Shown: positions 37,140 to 64,000 of the stretch, one piece after another
Layout: the number at the start of each line of letters is the position of its first letter
Numbering within the stretch: position 1 is the first letter of the stretch
Origin: Hormiphora californensis
Taxonomy: Eukaryota > Animalia > Ctenophora
DNA: 64,000 bases
Reading direction: 5' to 3'
Assembly: GCA_020137815.1 (NCBI GenBank)
Contig: CM035352.1
Location: 8,060,001 to 8,124,000 of the forward strand
Notes under the pieces: generated by a model
What the model saw: only the letters and a program-made list of their open reading frames with translations
What the model was told of the DNA's origin: nothing
Database searches by the model: none
Translations under genes and position numbers: made by a program

Positions 37140-38492
37140 TAGGCCAGTCATATGACGTTGTGAAATGGAACTAATTGATCTAAAAGCGATTCCACTTCCA
37201 GGGCACTCCAATGGGTCTCTACAACCACCAAAAAAATTTACCGCGGGTACCGCGATGGAGAAATCGGTCATTTCCGGGTTTATTTTGCACCTGCATAAAT
37301 ATAGCCTAGGACAAATGCGATATACGGTAAAAACCGTCTTTGGAAACAAGTAGAAAAGAAATCAAGGGCACTTAAGTGTGTAGCGTCCTCGCATTAGTGG
37401 GGGTAGGTGCTGGAATTAAGTCTCTATCTTATCAGGTTAATTAGATAATTGGATAATTAGATGTGCACATAGCCGTTTTATGGTTATACGGTAAAAACCA
37501 TCTTTGGAATGGAGTAGAGAAAAAACCGAGGGTACTAGAGTGATCAGCGTCCTCGAATTAGTGGGGGTAGGTACCAAAATTAAGTTCCTATCTCATCGCG
37601 TTAATTAGATAATTGGATAATTAGGTATGCGCATAACCGTTTTTAGGTTACATGGCTATAGCCACTTAGGAATGGTTTAGAGACTTTTCATTGGTGCCAT
37701 TTTGTAGGCAATAGCCAAGTTATGGGGGGTCGACGCCGGACTTTTAAGCTCTATATTCAACCATTTAGCCGTTATATGGCTTTAAAGGTGCTCAAAATCG
37801 GTCTTTTTACCGCTTTGTTGCTCACTTTGAGCACCTTTAAAGCCAAATAACGGCTGAACGGTTGAATATAGAGCTTAAAAGTCCGACGTCGACCCCCAAT
37901 AACTTGGCTATTGCCTACAAAATGGCACCAATGACAAGTCTCTAAACCATTCCTAAGTGGCTATAGCCATGTAACCTAAAAACGGTTATGCGCATACCTA
38001 ATTATCCAATTATCTAATTAACGCGATGAGATAGGAACTTAATTTTGGTACCTACCCCCACTAATTCGAGGACGCTGATCACTCTAGTACCCTCGGTTTT
38101 TTCTCTACTCCATTCCAAAGATGGTTTTTACCGTATAACCATAAAACGGCTATGTGCACATCTAATTATCCAATTATCTAATTAACCTGATAAGATAGAG
38201 ACTTAATTCCAGCACCTACCCCCACTAATGCGAGGACGCTACACACTTAAGTGCCCTTGATTTCTTTTCTACTTGTTTCCAAAGACGGTTTTTACCGTAT
38301 ATCGCATTTGTCCTAGGCTATATTTATGCAGGTGCAAAATAAACCCGGAAATGACCGATTTCTCCATCGCGGTACCCGCGGTAAATTTTTTTGGTGGTTG
38401 TAGAGACCCATTGGAGTGCCCTGGAAGTGGAATTGCTTTTAGATCAATTACTTCCTTTTTCAGCGATATATCGACGTCATATGACTGGCCTA
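37140..38492. mobile_element. Palindromic (foldback) non-autonomous DNA transposon, Academ-like
   Basis: Arms of ~660 bp, near-perfect inverted, loop at ~37797-37826. Termini TAGGCCAGTCATATGACGT...ACGTCATATGACTGGCCTA with ATA on both sides. Confidence 0.85.
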
Positions 38493-38800
38493 ATACCCAG
38501 TGTGCAACATATTTTATGTGTGGTTTCTGTTACAGTAATCTTGGCTGCCTCAGCCAGTCACAATATTTGGATATTATGCGGCTATGCTGTTCGATACTGA
38601 TACTCTAGCACATATTAGGTGGTCTCACATTGTATTATTGATTTCTCTCGAAGCTGTTTGATCAGATCCATGATCATCTCTCTTCCTAGTTGGGTCATCT
38701 CAGTGAGAGAGAATATTCGAGAAGAATTATTGATATTCCAAGTACTGCTTCATAATGTTGCCAAATTGAGATGAGCATGAGAAAATGATCTATCCCTTCA

Positions 38801-39770
38801 CCCAGTGTCAACTTATTTCGAAAGGCATTAGACTCTGAAAATTTCTTAAAAAAGGCATTATTTTCTAACTAAAAAGTGTTGGCAATGATACTAGATAGTA
38901 CATAGAAGGCATTAGTTAACAGTTTATTCGATTATTCGGGCATCTGTTTAAATAATGCCTGATAATGCCATTTTGAGACTCTGTTGAAATTTGTCAATTT
39001 TGCATGAATTTGGTGCTTGGAATGACTTTATAGAGCACCCGGGAACCATTCCCTATCATAATAAGTCATTTTAAATAAAAATCTAGCGAAATTTGAAGAA
39101 TTTTTTTTTTAATAATTTAATTTTTTAATTAAGTTAATTATAAAATAGGTTAATTGTTTTAATTTGTGGCACATCAACTCTCCTTATTTTGTTTTATGTG
39201 ACCCTTATAATGATTGTCTATCTCGTAGAATTGTTATAGAAGCTAAAAAACAGGTTTGAGTGATAAACTAAGGAGGGCATTATTTGGATTCTGGAGTCCC
39301 AATAATGCCCCCAGAGTCCCAATAATGCCCCAGAGTCCCTCAGAGTCCCAATTAACACGCAAAAATAATGCCTTAGAATCTCAGAATCCCATGAAATCTG
39401 ATACCTACCATACTACCTTATTAGCACGAGCTAATTAGAGGGAGAGAGAGGAAGTGAGAGAGAAAGAGAGAGTGGGTGAGAGAGAGAGAGAGTGAGGGAG
39501 AGACAGAGAGAGAGACAGAGAGAGAGAGGGAGAGAGACATAGAGATAGACAGAGAGAAAGGGAGAGAGAAGAATAGAGGAGAGAGGGTGAGAGTGAGGGG
39601 AGAAACAGCTGTATAATTTCTTGTTTTGGGTTCACATTACACTGTAATTTACAGACAAATGTGTGTGATTGGGGAACTAGGCTTGGCATTATTTTGGCAT
39701 TATTTTGGCATTATTTTCTCTAAAAGCATTGGAAATTAGATTCGCATATTCGTGGCTTTTTGACACTGGG
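38801..39770. mobile_element. Non-autonomous DNA transposon with 8-bp TSD
   Basis: TIR cccagtgtcaa / ttgacactggg; TSD tcccttca at 38793-38800 and 39771-39778; internal ggcatta/taatgcc repeats. Confidence 0.85.
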
Positions 39771-40089
39771 TCCCTTCAGCTTTGTGTAATTAACACTTTT
39801 TAGTTTTTATGAATATTATTCTTCCCAATCTATGTGTTTCTGGGAGTGGCTTTATCATACGCTATATATTTTGGTTGGTGACAGAGTGTAGGTAAAATGC
39901 AATCCATTGGTCAATCCTGCATCATTGTGCTAAGAAGAAAAAGCGATATAGAAAAGAGAGACAGAAAAGATACATGAGAGAGAGAGAGAGATGCAAGTAC
40001 TAATTGCAAAACAGCTAATTACATGTGCACGTGTATTATAACGTGTGACGTAAATCAACCCAGCTCTTCAGTCGCTTCTGTTTAGATAT

Positions 40090-40300
40090 TACAGTAGTAG
40101 TAGTTTAGTAGTTTGACGGTAGTAGTAGTAGTTTGACGGTAGTAGTAGTAGTAGTACTTAGTACTGGACAGCCTAGTACAGTGGTAGTAGCAGTAGTAGT
40201 TTAATTACAGTGTTGTAGTAGTAAAAGTTTGACGGTAGTAGTAGTAGTAGTTTGACGGTAGTTTGACGGTAGTAATAGTAGTAGTAGTAGTAGTTTGACG
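40090..40300. repeat. (GTA)n-tttgacg minisatellite
   Basis: Repeated gtagtagtagtttgacg units. Confidence 0.85.
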
Positions 40301-41225
40301 GAAGACTAACAGTCGAGTCTTCCGTGTTAACACCAAAGATATTTAAAGAGGGGTCTTGTTCTGACTTGGTGTCCCTTACAATCTTCACCCCATCCAGAAT
40401 CCTTCTCTCTTCGTTCTAGGCGTTTCGAGCTCCTTCGTCTCTATATTGTTACAACTGTGCGTGTCACGTGTAACTACGGGTGGGAAGTAGAAGTACCACT
40501 GTCGGTGTGATTTCTCTGGGCATATCCCTCATCCCGGCGTGACACATACATATTATACTGCCCTGTATAACTGCATACAGTGCCGTTTAGTGATCTGCAG
40601 TACGCTAGGCGTAAATTCTACTTTGTCTCGTGTGGAGGTTGTTTTTGGTGTCTGACAGCTCTCTGTTTGCGGTGGATTATCCCAGCCCGTGCAGTGACTG
40701 CAACTGTCACTGTTTACATGTGTCATGTACCACCGTGGTTCAATGTGAAAGCAGTGACCCCTGAAGTGACCCTGAACTGATGTACAATCCCTGTTATTTC
40801 TCTCCTTGCCGCTTCAATATGATCTCTCTGGTCTCCCTATCTCTCTAAAGTGGCCCTGATTTGATGTGTAATCCCATATTGTTTGTATAGCAGAGAGATC
40901 AGATCGTGATCACAAGCACATGTAAAGCATGGAGCCGTGCCAATTCACATGTGTATTGAATACACGTTTGTGTAATGCGGCCATTATGTTGTGAAGTGTG
41001 ATCTTTATATTGTCATGCCGTGTTTATACAGAACAAAGATAACATCTTGTTGTACGTGAGTGGCGTATGTGACCACTCTTTATTTTCATTTCAGCCCTTT
41101 GTTCCCCTCCCCTAACCCTTCTGACTTCTGTTTCTGTAGCTCTATATATAGTTAGGCCCTTTGTTGCCCTCCCGACCCCCTAACCCGTTTCATGTTTCTA
41201 TATAGCTCTACAATGATATTAAGGA

Positions 41226-57330
<16,105 letters not shown>

Positions 57331-57337
57331 CAAGATC

Positions 57338-57388
<51 letters not shown>

Positions 57389-57968
57389 TTAAACTGTTGT
57401 GTATTTGTATTGCGAGGTTTATTTTAAAGACAGTGCAAATAAAAAGCCGAGAAACAGTTAAATCAGACAATAATTATGGCTAACGATGGGACACTAAATA
57501 ATACTATTTGTATGGCAAGGACTTTATTTTTATACCACTGTGCGGTGACCCGAATTGCGTTTATATTCATAACGAAGATAACCAATATTCTTGATAACTG
57601 ATCAATCTTGTGTTTTGTAAAATCCAAATACCGTTGCTCTAAGACGGCATGAGTCTTCAGTGCCTGGAGGCTGGATCCAAGTTGGACCACCCAAAGTAAC
57701 ATTGGCTCAAAATTTCTTGCGCGCAAATAAAATCCGCGCAATAAAAGTATTTGCGCGGCGTACAAAAAAGCAGTTTCTTTATTTCATAAATTTTTGAAAA
57801 CCTGCTCGGCGCGGGAAAACGTTAGAATCTCGGTGCCTAACAATTCATCGATTTTCGCGGTCGAGATGGTGTTATATCATGATTCCTTCACATTGACTTC
57901 TTCATGTACGCGGAGAGATTACATCATGCCGGGGAAACCACAGGATGGCTACGATGATATCGGGAGAT

Positions 57969-58320
57969 TGTTATGACCTCGAGGAGCACCTACGTCAAGC
58001 AAGAACGAGCAGATGTTTAACCTACGATCTTTGTTATGTCTATCGTGATGACAGAGGAAACAAGGCACTGCACTATATAACCGAGATGAAGAACTGGGAA
58101 GAGGACCGATCCGCTACTACCCCACACCATCCCTATAGCGGAACGAAGACCCCTACCTCCCCTGGACCGCCAAGCTATCCACCTTGACTTTCCCACGGAT
58201 ACCCGATTGAGATAGCAAGATTACTTCTACCTTGCTATAACCTGTAGTTGTCTCGTGTACCCTATTCCCTAAACCAGTAAACTATACTCACCCACACGTC
58301 ACCACACAACCACCATAACA
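57969..58320 (+). repeat. Probable 5' LTR of the gypsy element (start could be 57870 or 58032)
   Basis: TGTTATG...CATAACA inverted ends, TATATAA at ~58074, then PBS-like TGGAGCCTGAA at 58323. The 3' LTR is not in the window. Confidence 0.6.
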
Positions 58321-61300
58321 AGTGGAGCCTGAATACAAAGCGAACCTAATAAAGTCAACCGAACTTTGAAACACGATAACGAACATCAACAATGGGTGAT
58401 GAAATAAAGAAAGAACTCCAGGCAAAAATGGACCAACTAAAACAAGAGATGGATCAAATTTCCATAAAAATGTCAGAAGAAGGCATGAGTATAGCTTCAA
58501 CACATCGGCATAACAACGGATATGCATCACAGTTAACTAAGCCACCAAAATTTAAAACTGGTGAGAGTTTTAACGTCTTCTGTGAAAGATTTATCGATCA
58601 CACCAAAATAAACAACCATCGAGAACATCTTGGTACCCTCTTTCTACATTGTGTTGACGACGACACATACCTAACGTTGAAAGAAACTGTTATGAATCTA
58701 ACACATGCACAGACATGTAACGTTGAGCAAATGTGCTCTGTTCTGAAAAAAGAATTCATGGGATACAACCAAACATCCATGAAACAGCAGCTCATGAACT
58801 TGAAACAAGGGCCAAACGAAAACATTACACAGTTTTGCAACACTATCAAAGAAAAGGCCAGATCTGCATATGGAGCAGTTGAACAAGCTGGTGACATCGC
58901 ACTGCTTGTCCTACTTCGAGGACTGAGAGACACAACTATCAGACGAAAGCTGAACGAAGCAGTCTGTGATTCTTTTGATGGAAGCTATGAGGCTAGCAAA
59001 GCATCTCGAGTCTGTAAACACTCTTGTTAAACAAAATGAAGCACCAGTCTTCAAAGCTGAGGAACGTGAAGTGGAACAAGTCGCAGCAACATCCGACTAT
59101 AGCCGCGGAAGAAGTCACAACAATGACTACAACAGGAATAGAAGTCATAGCAGAGAAAATCACCGATACAACCGATATCGCAGCAACAGTAGATCCAGAA
59201 GCAGGAACAGATATCGCAACAAATCGCCCCATCCTAATGGCCGTTACAACAACTACACGCCGAGTAACAACTCTGGAAAATGTTATCACTGTAACCAATA
59301 TGGACACTACATTGCAAACTGCAACATGAGGCGGAATTTAAACTAAAACAGGGTTGCAACAACACTGATACTTCAACCATCAAGAAGTCAAACAACAATA
59401 ACACTTGCAACCCGAGCCCAAACAGTTCAAAACAACTAATTGTGAAGCATGTGTAAAAAACCCTTTTAACATTTTTTAGACCCGGAGCGGGGGACAAGTT
59501 GATCAGCCCCGGAAAATACACCAATTAACATGTTGGAAACATTAACCGACCAACAAAATAAAAGGTCTTCGAACATGAAATGTTGACAAAAGGTGAAATC
59601 ATTAAAATCACAGGGGCCCAAAAAACAGAGGTCAACAAAAATTCATTGTAGGTAATCTACCAGATGACTATGGCGGTACAAATTTAAGGAGCAATTGTAT
59701 GGTTGATGTTGCAAAAAAAACAACCCCACTCGATATGGTAAAAACAAGCTCAAATACCAAAAAATTTCCCACAACAATGAAAAAATCAAGGAAAAAAAGG
59801 AATTACCTTGGCTAACAGCTTTTACCCATTTTTTTGCAAATATCCATGCAAAAAAGTGAAAAAACACAGGGGGGCATTGTTTTTAAAAATCCACAAATAA
59901 CCACCTTTCGGAATTGATACAAAACAGCATGAAAAATACATGGAATGAGTTCCCAAATACGATGGTAACCCACCCCCCGGACAAAACTCTAACAAACACG
60001 GGTTTTGGAACAATGGTTCCCTTTTTGATAAATCGTACAGACAAATGCAAAAATAGCAGTTACGAGCGGAAAAAAAAATCCTGTCGCCGAAGAGAAAACC
60101 AGAGAACGTTACAAAAAGCAAAGAAAAAAGGGCACAACAGGGAAAAAATGGTTTAAAACGGGGAGAAAGTTCCAAATAGGCGAACACCATAAACAAGAAC
60201 TAAAAGAATTGTTGAAAAACTATTCTCATTGTTTTTCAAAACATCAATTCGACCTAGGCACAGCCACATTCTTTGAGGCATCTCTCAAACTAAAACATGA
60301 CTATGTTGCCAAATGGATTCCAACAAGGCAAGTTCCATACAACTTAGAACACGTCATGGAGAAGGAACTCATGACTCTGGTAGATTCCGGACAAATTCAA
60401 GAATGTGAAAACAATGGGGCATGGAACAGCCCAGTCTTTTTGGTCCAAAAACCGGGAACCAAAAAATATCGAGTGGTACAAGACCTGAGGCAACTTAACA
60501 AGGAAAGCATACCTGACACTTTCCAATTGCCAAACATAAACACTGTCATGAACAACATGAACGAATGTGAGTGGTTAACATCCTTTGATTTCACCAAGGG
60601 TTTCAACCAAATTAAACTGGATGAGGAAAGTAGACCCCTCACAGCATTTACGTACAAAAATACTCGTTACCAATGGGCGAGACTTATCATGGGACATTGC
60701 TCTAGCAGCAGTATCTTTGCCAAATGTATGGCACAATTATTTCAAAGAGTACCCTTTGAAGCACTCATTTGCTTTCTAGATGATGTGTTAATTGGTAGCA
60801 ACACTATAGAAGAACACCTAAGACGGCTGGAATTCGTCCTAGCCAGACTCTCATTCGGTGGACTCAAAATCAGTCCCTCCAAAACCCAACTGTTCCGAAA
60901 CAAAGTAAAATTTCTCGGACACATAATTGACAAAAATGGGCTACAAATTGACCCAAGTAGAGTGGAAGCAATTCAGCAACTACCACAACCAAAATCGGTA
61001 AAAGAGCTACAAAAATTCCTTGGAGCTATAAACTACAATCGAGCTTTTATAAAACACTACAGCAAAATTGCTGCACCTCTGTATAATCTACTTAGAAAGA
61101 CAGAGAAATTTATTTGGTCTGATGAAGCTATACGAGCATTCAACATGTTAAAACATAGTTTGAGCTCAGCACCTGTCTTAGTTATCCCGAACAACGGGCA
61201 CCCTGATCAATTCTATGAACTAACCATAGATTCCAGTAACATGGGCCATGGGGCCACACTGAATCAAAACATTAATGGTGAGAGAAGAACCATTTCGTTC

Positions 61301-64000
61301 TGGTCAAAAGCTGTACCTGCACACCAAAGAAAATTTGGTGCAACACGACTTGAATTTCTTGGTCTGTGTCATGCTCTAAAACATTATCGCATGTACCTGA
61401 TGGGCAACAAACAATTCACAGTTCTAACTGACTGTAAAGCCCTACTAAATCTCCGTACCATTTTCAAAAATGAAAGTAGCTACATACACCGAAAGCTAGC
61501 TGAACTAGAACAATATAATTTCAAAATCCAACACATTGCTGGAAATTCTATTGACATGAGCATGACAGATTATTTGAGCAGACACCCAGTTACTAAAACT
61601 AAAACCATGGGAACTCAAACTGGATACTCAAACACTAAGTCAGTTAAATTTGCCACTGACGAACAATTAATTCCTGAGGGAATTGCACATATAAACAAGG
61701 TGTTAGCCAGGGAATCACCTGTAACAATTTCTGAAATCAGAGATGACTATCAATACGACAACACACTGTCGACTGTTATTGACTGGATCAAACACGGTAA
61801 CATCCCGAAGAGACTGTCTAGCAAAACACCAGTCGAATTGAGACATTATTGGCAGCAAATAGATGAGCTGAAATTTGAAAACGGTCTATTGAAAAAGTCT
61901 ACTTTTGACTCTTATGAGGGAACATTGAACGAAATTGTAGTACTGCCACACACATTGGTGGAACGCATTTTGTACACATTTCATGATAAAAATGGCCATT
62001 CTGGACCAGAGTTGTCACTGACTAGTTGTCAACAAAAATACTATTTTTTCAATGAGGGGAAAAAAATTAAAATTTTTTTGTGATGGTATCATTTTGCCAA
62101 TAAAGCAAAACCCCCAAAAGCTTCAAAAAAGCCCCAAAACCCCTAAAACCCAGGTTACCCTGAATTTGGCAGTGTGTGCAATTGATTTTTAGAAAGAAAA
62201 AATCCAAATGCAAGGGGTTCAAGCTTTTGGTCATGGTTAGACAGTATTCAAAATTTTGTAGTTGCCACACCGGTAAAATAAAGGGCAGAAAAGAGTAGAA
62301 TCATCGGAGAGAGGGCCAAAAATTGGGGAGTCATGAATCTTGAGGTGATTTTGGGATCAGCATTTACTGCAAAAATTCCAATCATGGTTAAAAAAAGTTT
62401 TAATTTCAAAAAGTAAACAGGTGTACCATGGCATTTACAAGTACGGGTTTTTGGAGGCCATGAACAAAAGCATCAACACGTGTATCAAAAATGTCTGATA
62501 CTCAACAACAACGAACTTCCCAAAAAGGTGGTTAATTTCATTTACCCGAATCATTGAAAAAAAAAACCAAAAATCGGCAAAATTTCTTTTGGGCTTCTTA
62601 GAGAATTAAAGCTCCAGAGATCTTTTACCTGGAAATAAAGGACAGACAAAAATTTCAACATGAGATCTGTGATATTTCAAAACAACAGAATATTTTTTAA
62701 CAAATGATGCAAGAAAAAACTCAGGAATGTTTTACTGCCAAAAAGAAAAAACAAACATATGAAAGCAGCATATGATAAAAATAAAGGTCTATTTGAGAAA
62801 GGAAACATGATGCTTCCATCAACCAAACCCCCACAAAAGGTTACCACGATTTTTGGTCCCCATTTATCACGAAAAAAATTATTTTAAAATCATAGTGAAA
62901 AAGGGGGACACTCAAAAATAGTCAACATTGAAAAAAAAATGAAACGTTACAAAACCAAAAAGTTCTCGCCAAGTGAGAAAAACACTGTCCAACAACCGGA
63001 GGAGGCACCAAAAGAGAGCGACTATGAGACGCTCCAACATCAGCACCATCTGGAGGGGATGATTCGGACTCTGATTCGGATAGCGACGAGGACAACTTTC
63101 CTAAATACTATTCAAACGGAATAAACCAAAAATTCCCAAAACGAGCCCCCCCAAAGCCAGGAGGAAACACCGCAAGTGGAACCCACGAGAGCTACTGAAA
63201 AAAAAGCCAAAAAACCCAGACCCCGGAGGAAAACATTCCCCCAGAGAGAGCTTAAACCCCGCAGCACCAAAACGGAAAAAAAGGGAGAAAGAGAAAGACT
63301 CGGAGAGATTTAACTACGAAACATGGGAGGGAAAAATAGTAAAGGCAAAATAAAATCCACAAACAGCCCGCGATTTCCGGCGCCGTGGAAGCGGAATCGG
63401 GAAAAGAGAAGAGGGTGAGAGGTTTTGGTGTTTTGGGTTTTCTGTGACAGATGGCAGACTCCAGCACAAGTTACAGAGGAAAAAGCCCCAGTTGAGAGTC
63501 AGCCGACGTGGAAACTCAACACGGTGGAAAAGAGCAAGAACCACCTACGACGTCTTGAATCAAGTTTTTTGGACGAACCAGAAATTAACGTGCCGGAAAG
63601 GCCCCTTAAGGGAAACCCAAGGGGGGAAAGAAAAATCCTAGCCCGTTGGGTAGTGATCCATGACTCACCCGGAAAAAAAGAGGAGGAGGGGGACCCGGGA
63701 AGAAAAGAAAGGGAAAAAAAAGATTGGGGGACAAGATCTCAGGAAAAAATAAATCGCTACTGCAAGGTTTTCCCCAGGTCCTGTCACGATAACCCCCCCC
63801 TACCTATTGGAACCAAATAGTTATCCCCCATCTTTTGGGGGAAAATAATTTTTGGTGAGGGATCAAAAAAATGGTTTTTCACCCCCGGGGGGGATTTTGG
63901 GAGGTAGTGATATGGATGAGGATTGACCATTTCACGTATTTGGAAGAGGGGGCAAGAAGAGTTTTAATGAAAAAACCAATCACAACAGGGGTTTCACTAT
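57969..64000 (+). mobile_element. Ty3/gypsy LTR retrotransposon: gag 58392-59346, RT-RNase H 60209-62083, degraded protease and integrase
   Basis: Gag with CCHC knuckle CYHCNQYGHYIANC. RT WNSPVFLVQK, YRVVQDLRQLN, FLDD. RNase H LTIDSS, LEFLGL, VLTDCKAL. Integrase HHCC start FHDKNGHSG follows RT-RH, the gypsy domain order. Confidence 0.93.

Noticed and set aside
37065-38608. Mirror-image ORFs MFPKTVFTVYRICPRLYLCRC on both strands
   Set aside because: By-product of the palindromic element; non-ATG starts and no transposase motifs.
59350-64000. Extra env-like or accessory ORFs and programmed frameshifts in the gypsy element
   Set aside because: The region is dominated by homopolymer-inflated, error-like sequence, so the short ORFs cannot be interpreted.

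Overview
Gene-dense animal genomic DNA with GT-AG introns, abundant (GA)n/(CT)n microsatellites, genes nested inside introns and splice acceptors just before start codons. This style suggests a cydippid ctenophore such as Pleurobrachia or Hormiphora (inference, not verified). Left to right: a minus-strand CAP-Gly/CLIP-170-like gene with a tandemly duplicated 5' part, RPS18, two truncated LINEs and an Ig-domain receptor tyrosine kinase. Next is a tightly packed plus-strand run of eight genes that looks like a trans-spliced operon: transglutaminase, mitochondrial glutamate carrier, MCM8, EOGT-like, DDX21, UBF-like HMG protein, a 90-aa mitochondrial protein missing from the ORF track, and MRPS24. 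Then come a carotenoid oxygenase with a signal peptide and a C1orf74-like gene. A 9-exon SLC25A33/36 gene hosts four nested genes: two novel acidic secreted paralogs behind a TATA + double CArG promoter, a dynamin-related GTPase and a same-strand arginase. There are also two Academ-like 1-1.35 kb palindromic elements, several MITEs with TSDs and a Ty3/gypsy element running off the right end. Several segments show indel-rich, low-quality consensus, so frameshifts are not safe evidence of pseudogenes. Exon structures were built by hand and similarities come from recalled motifs, not database searches.
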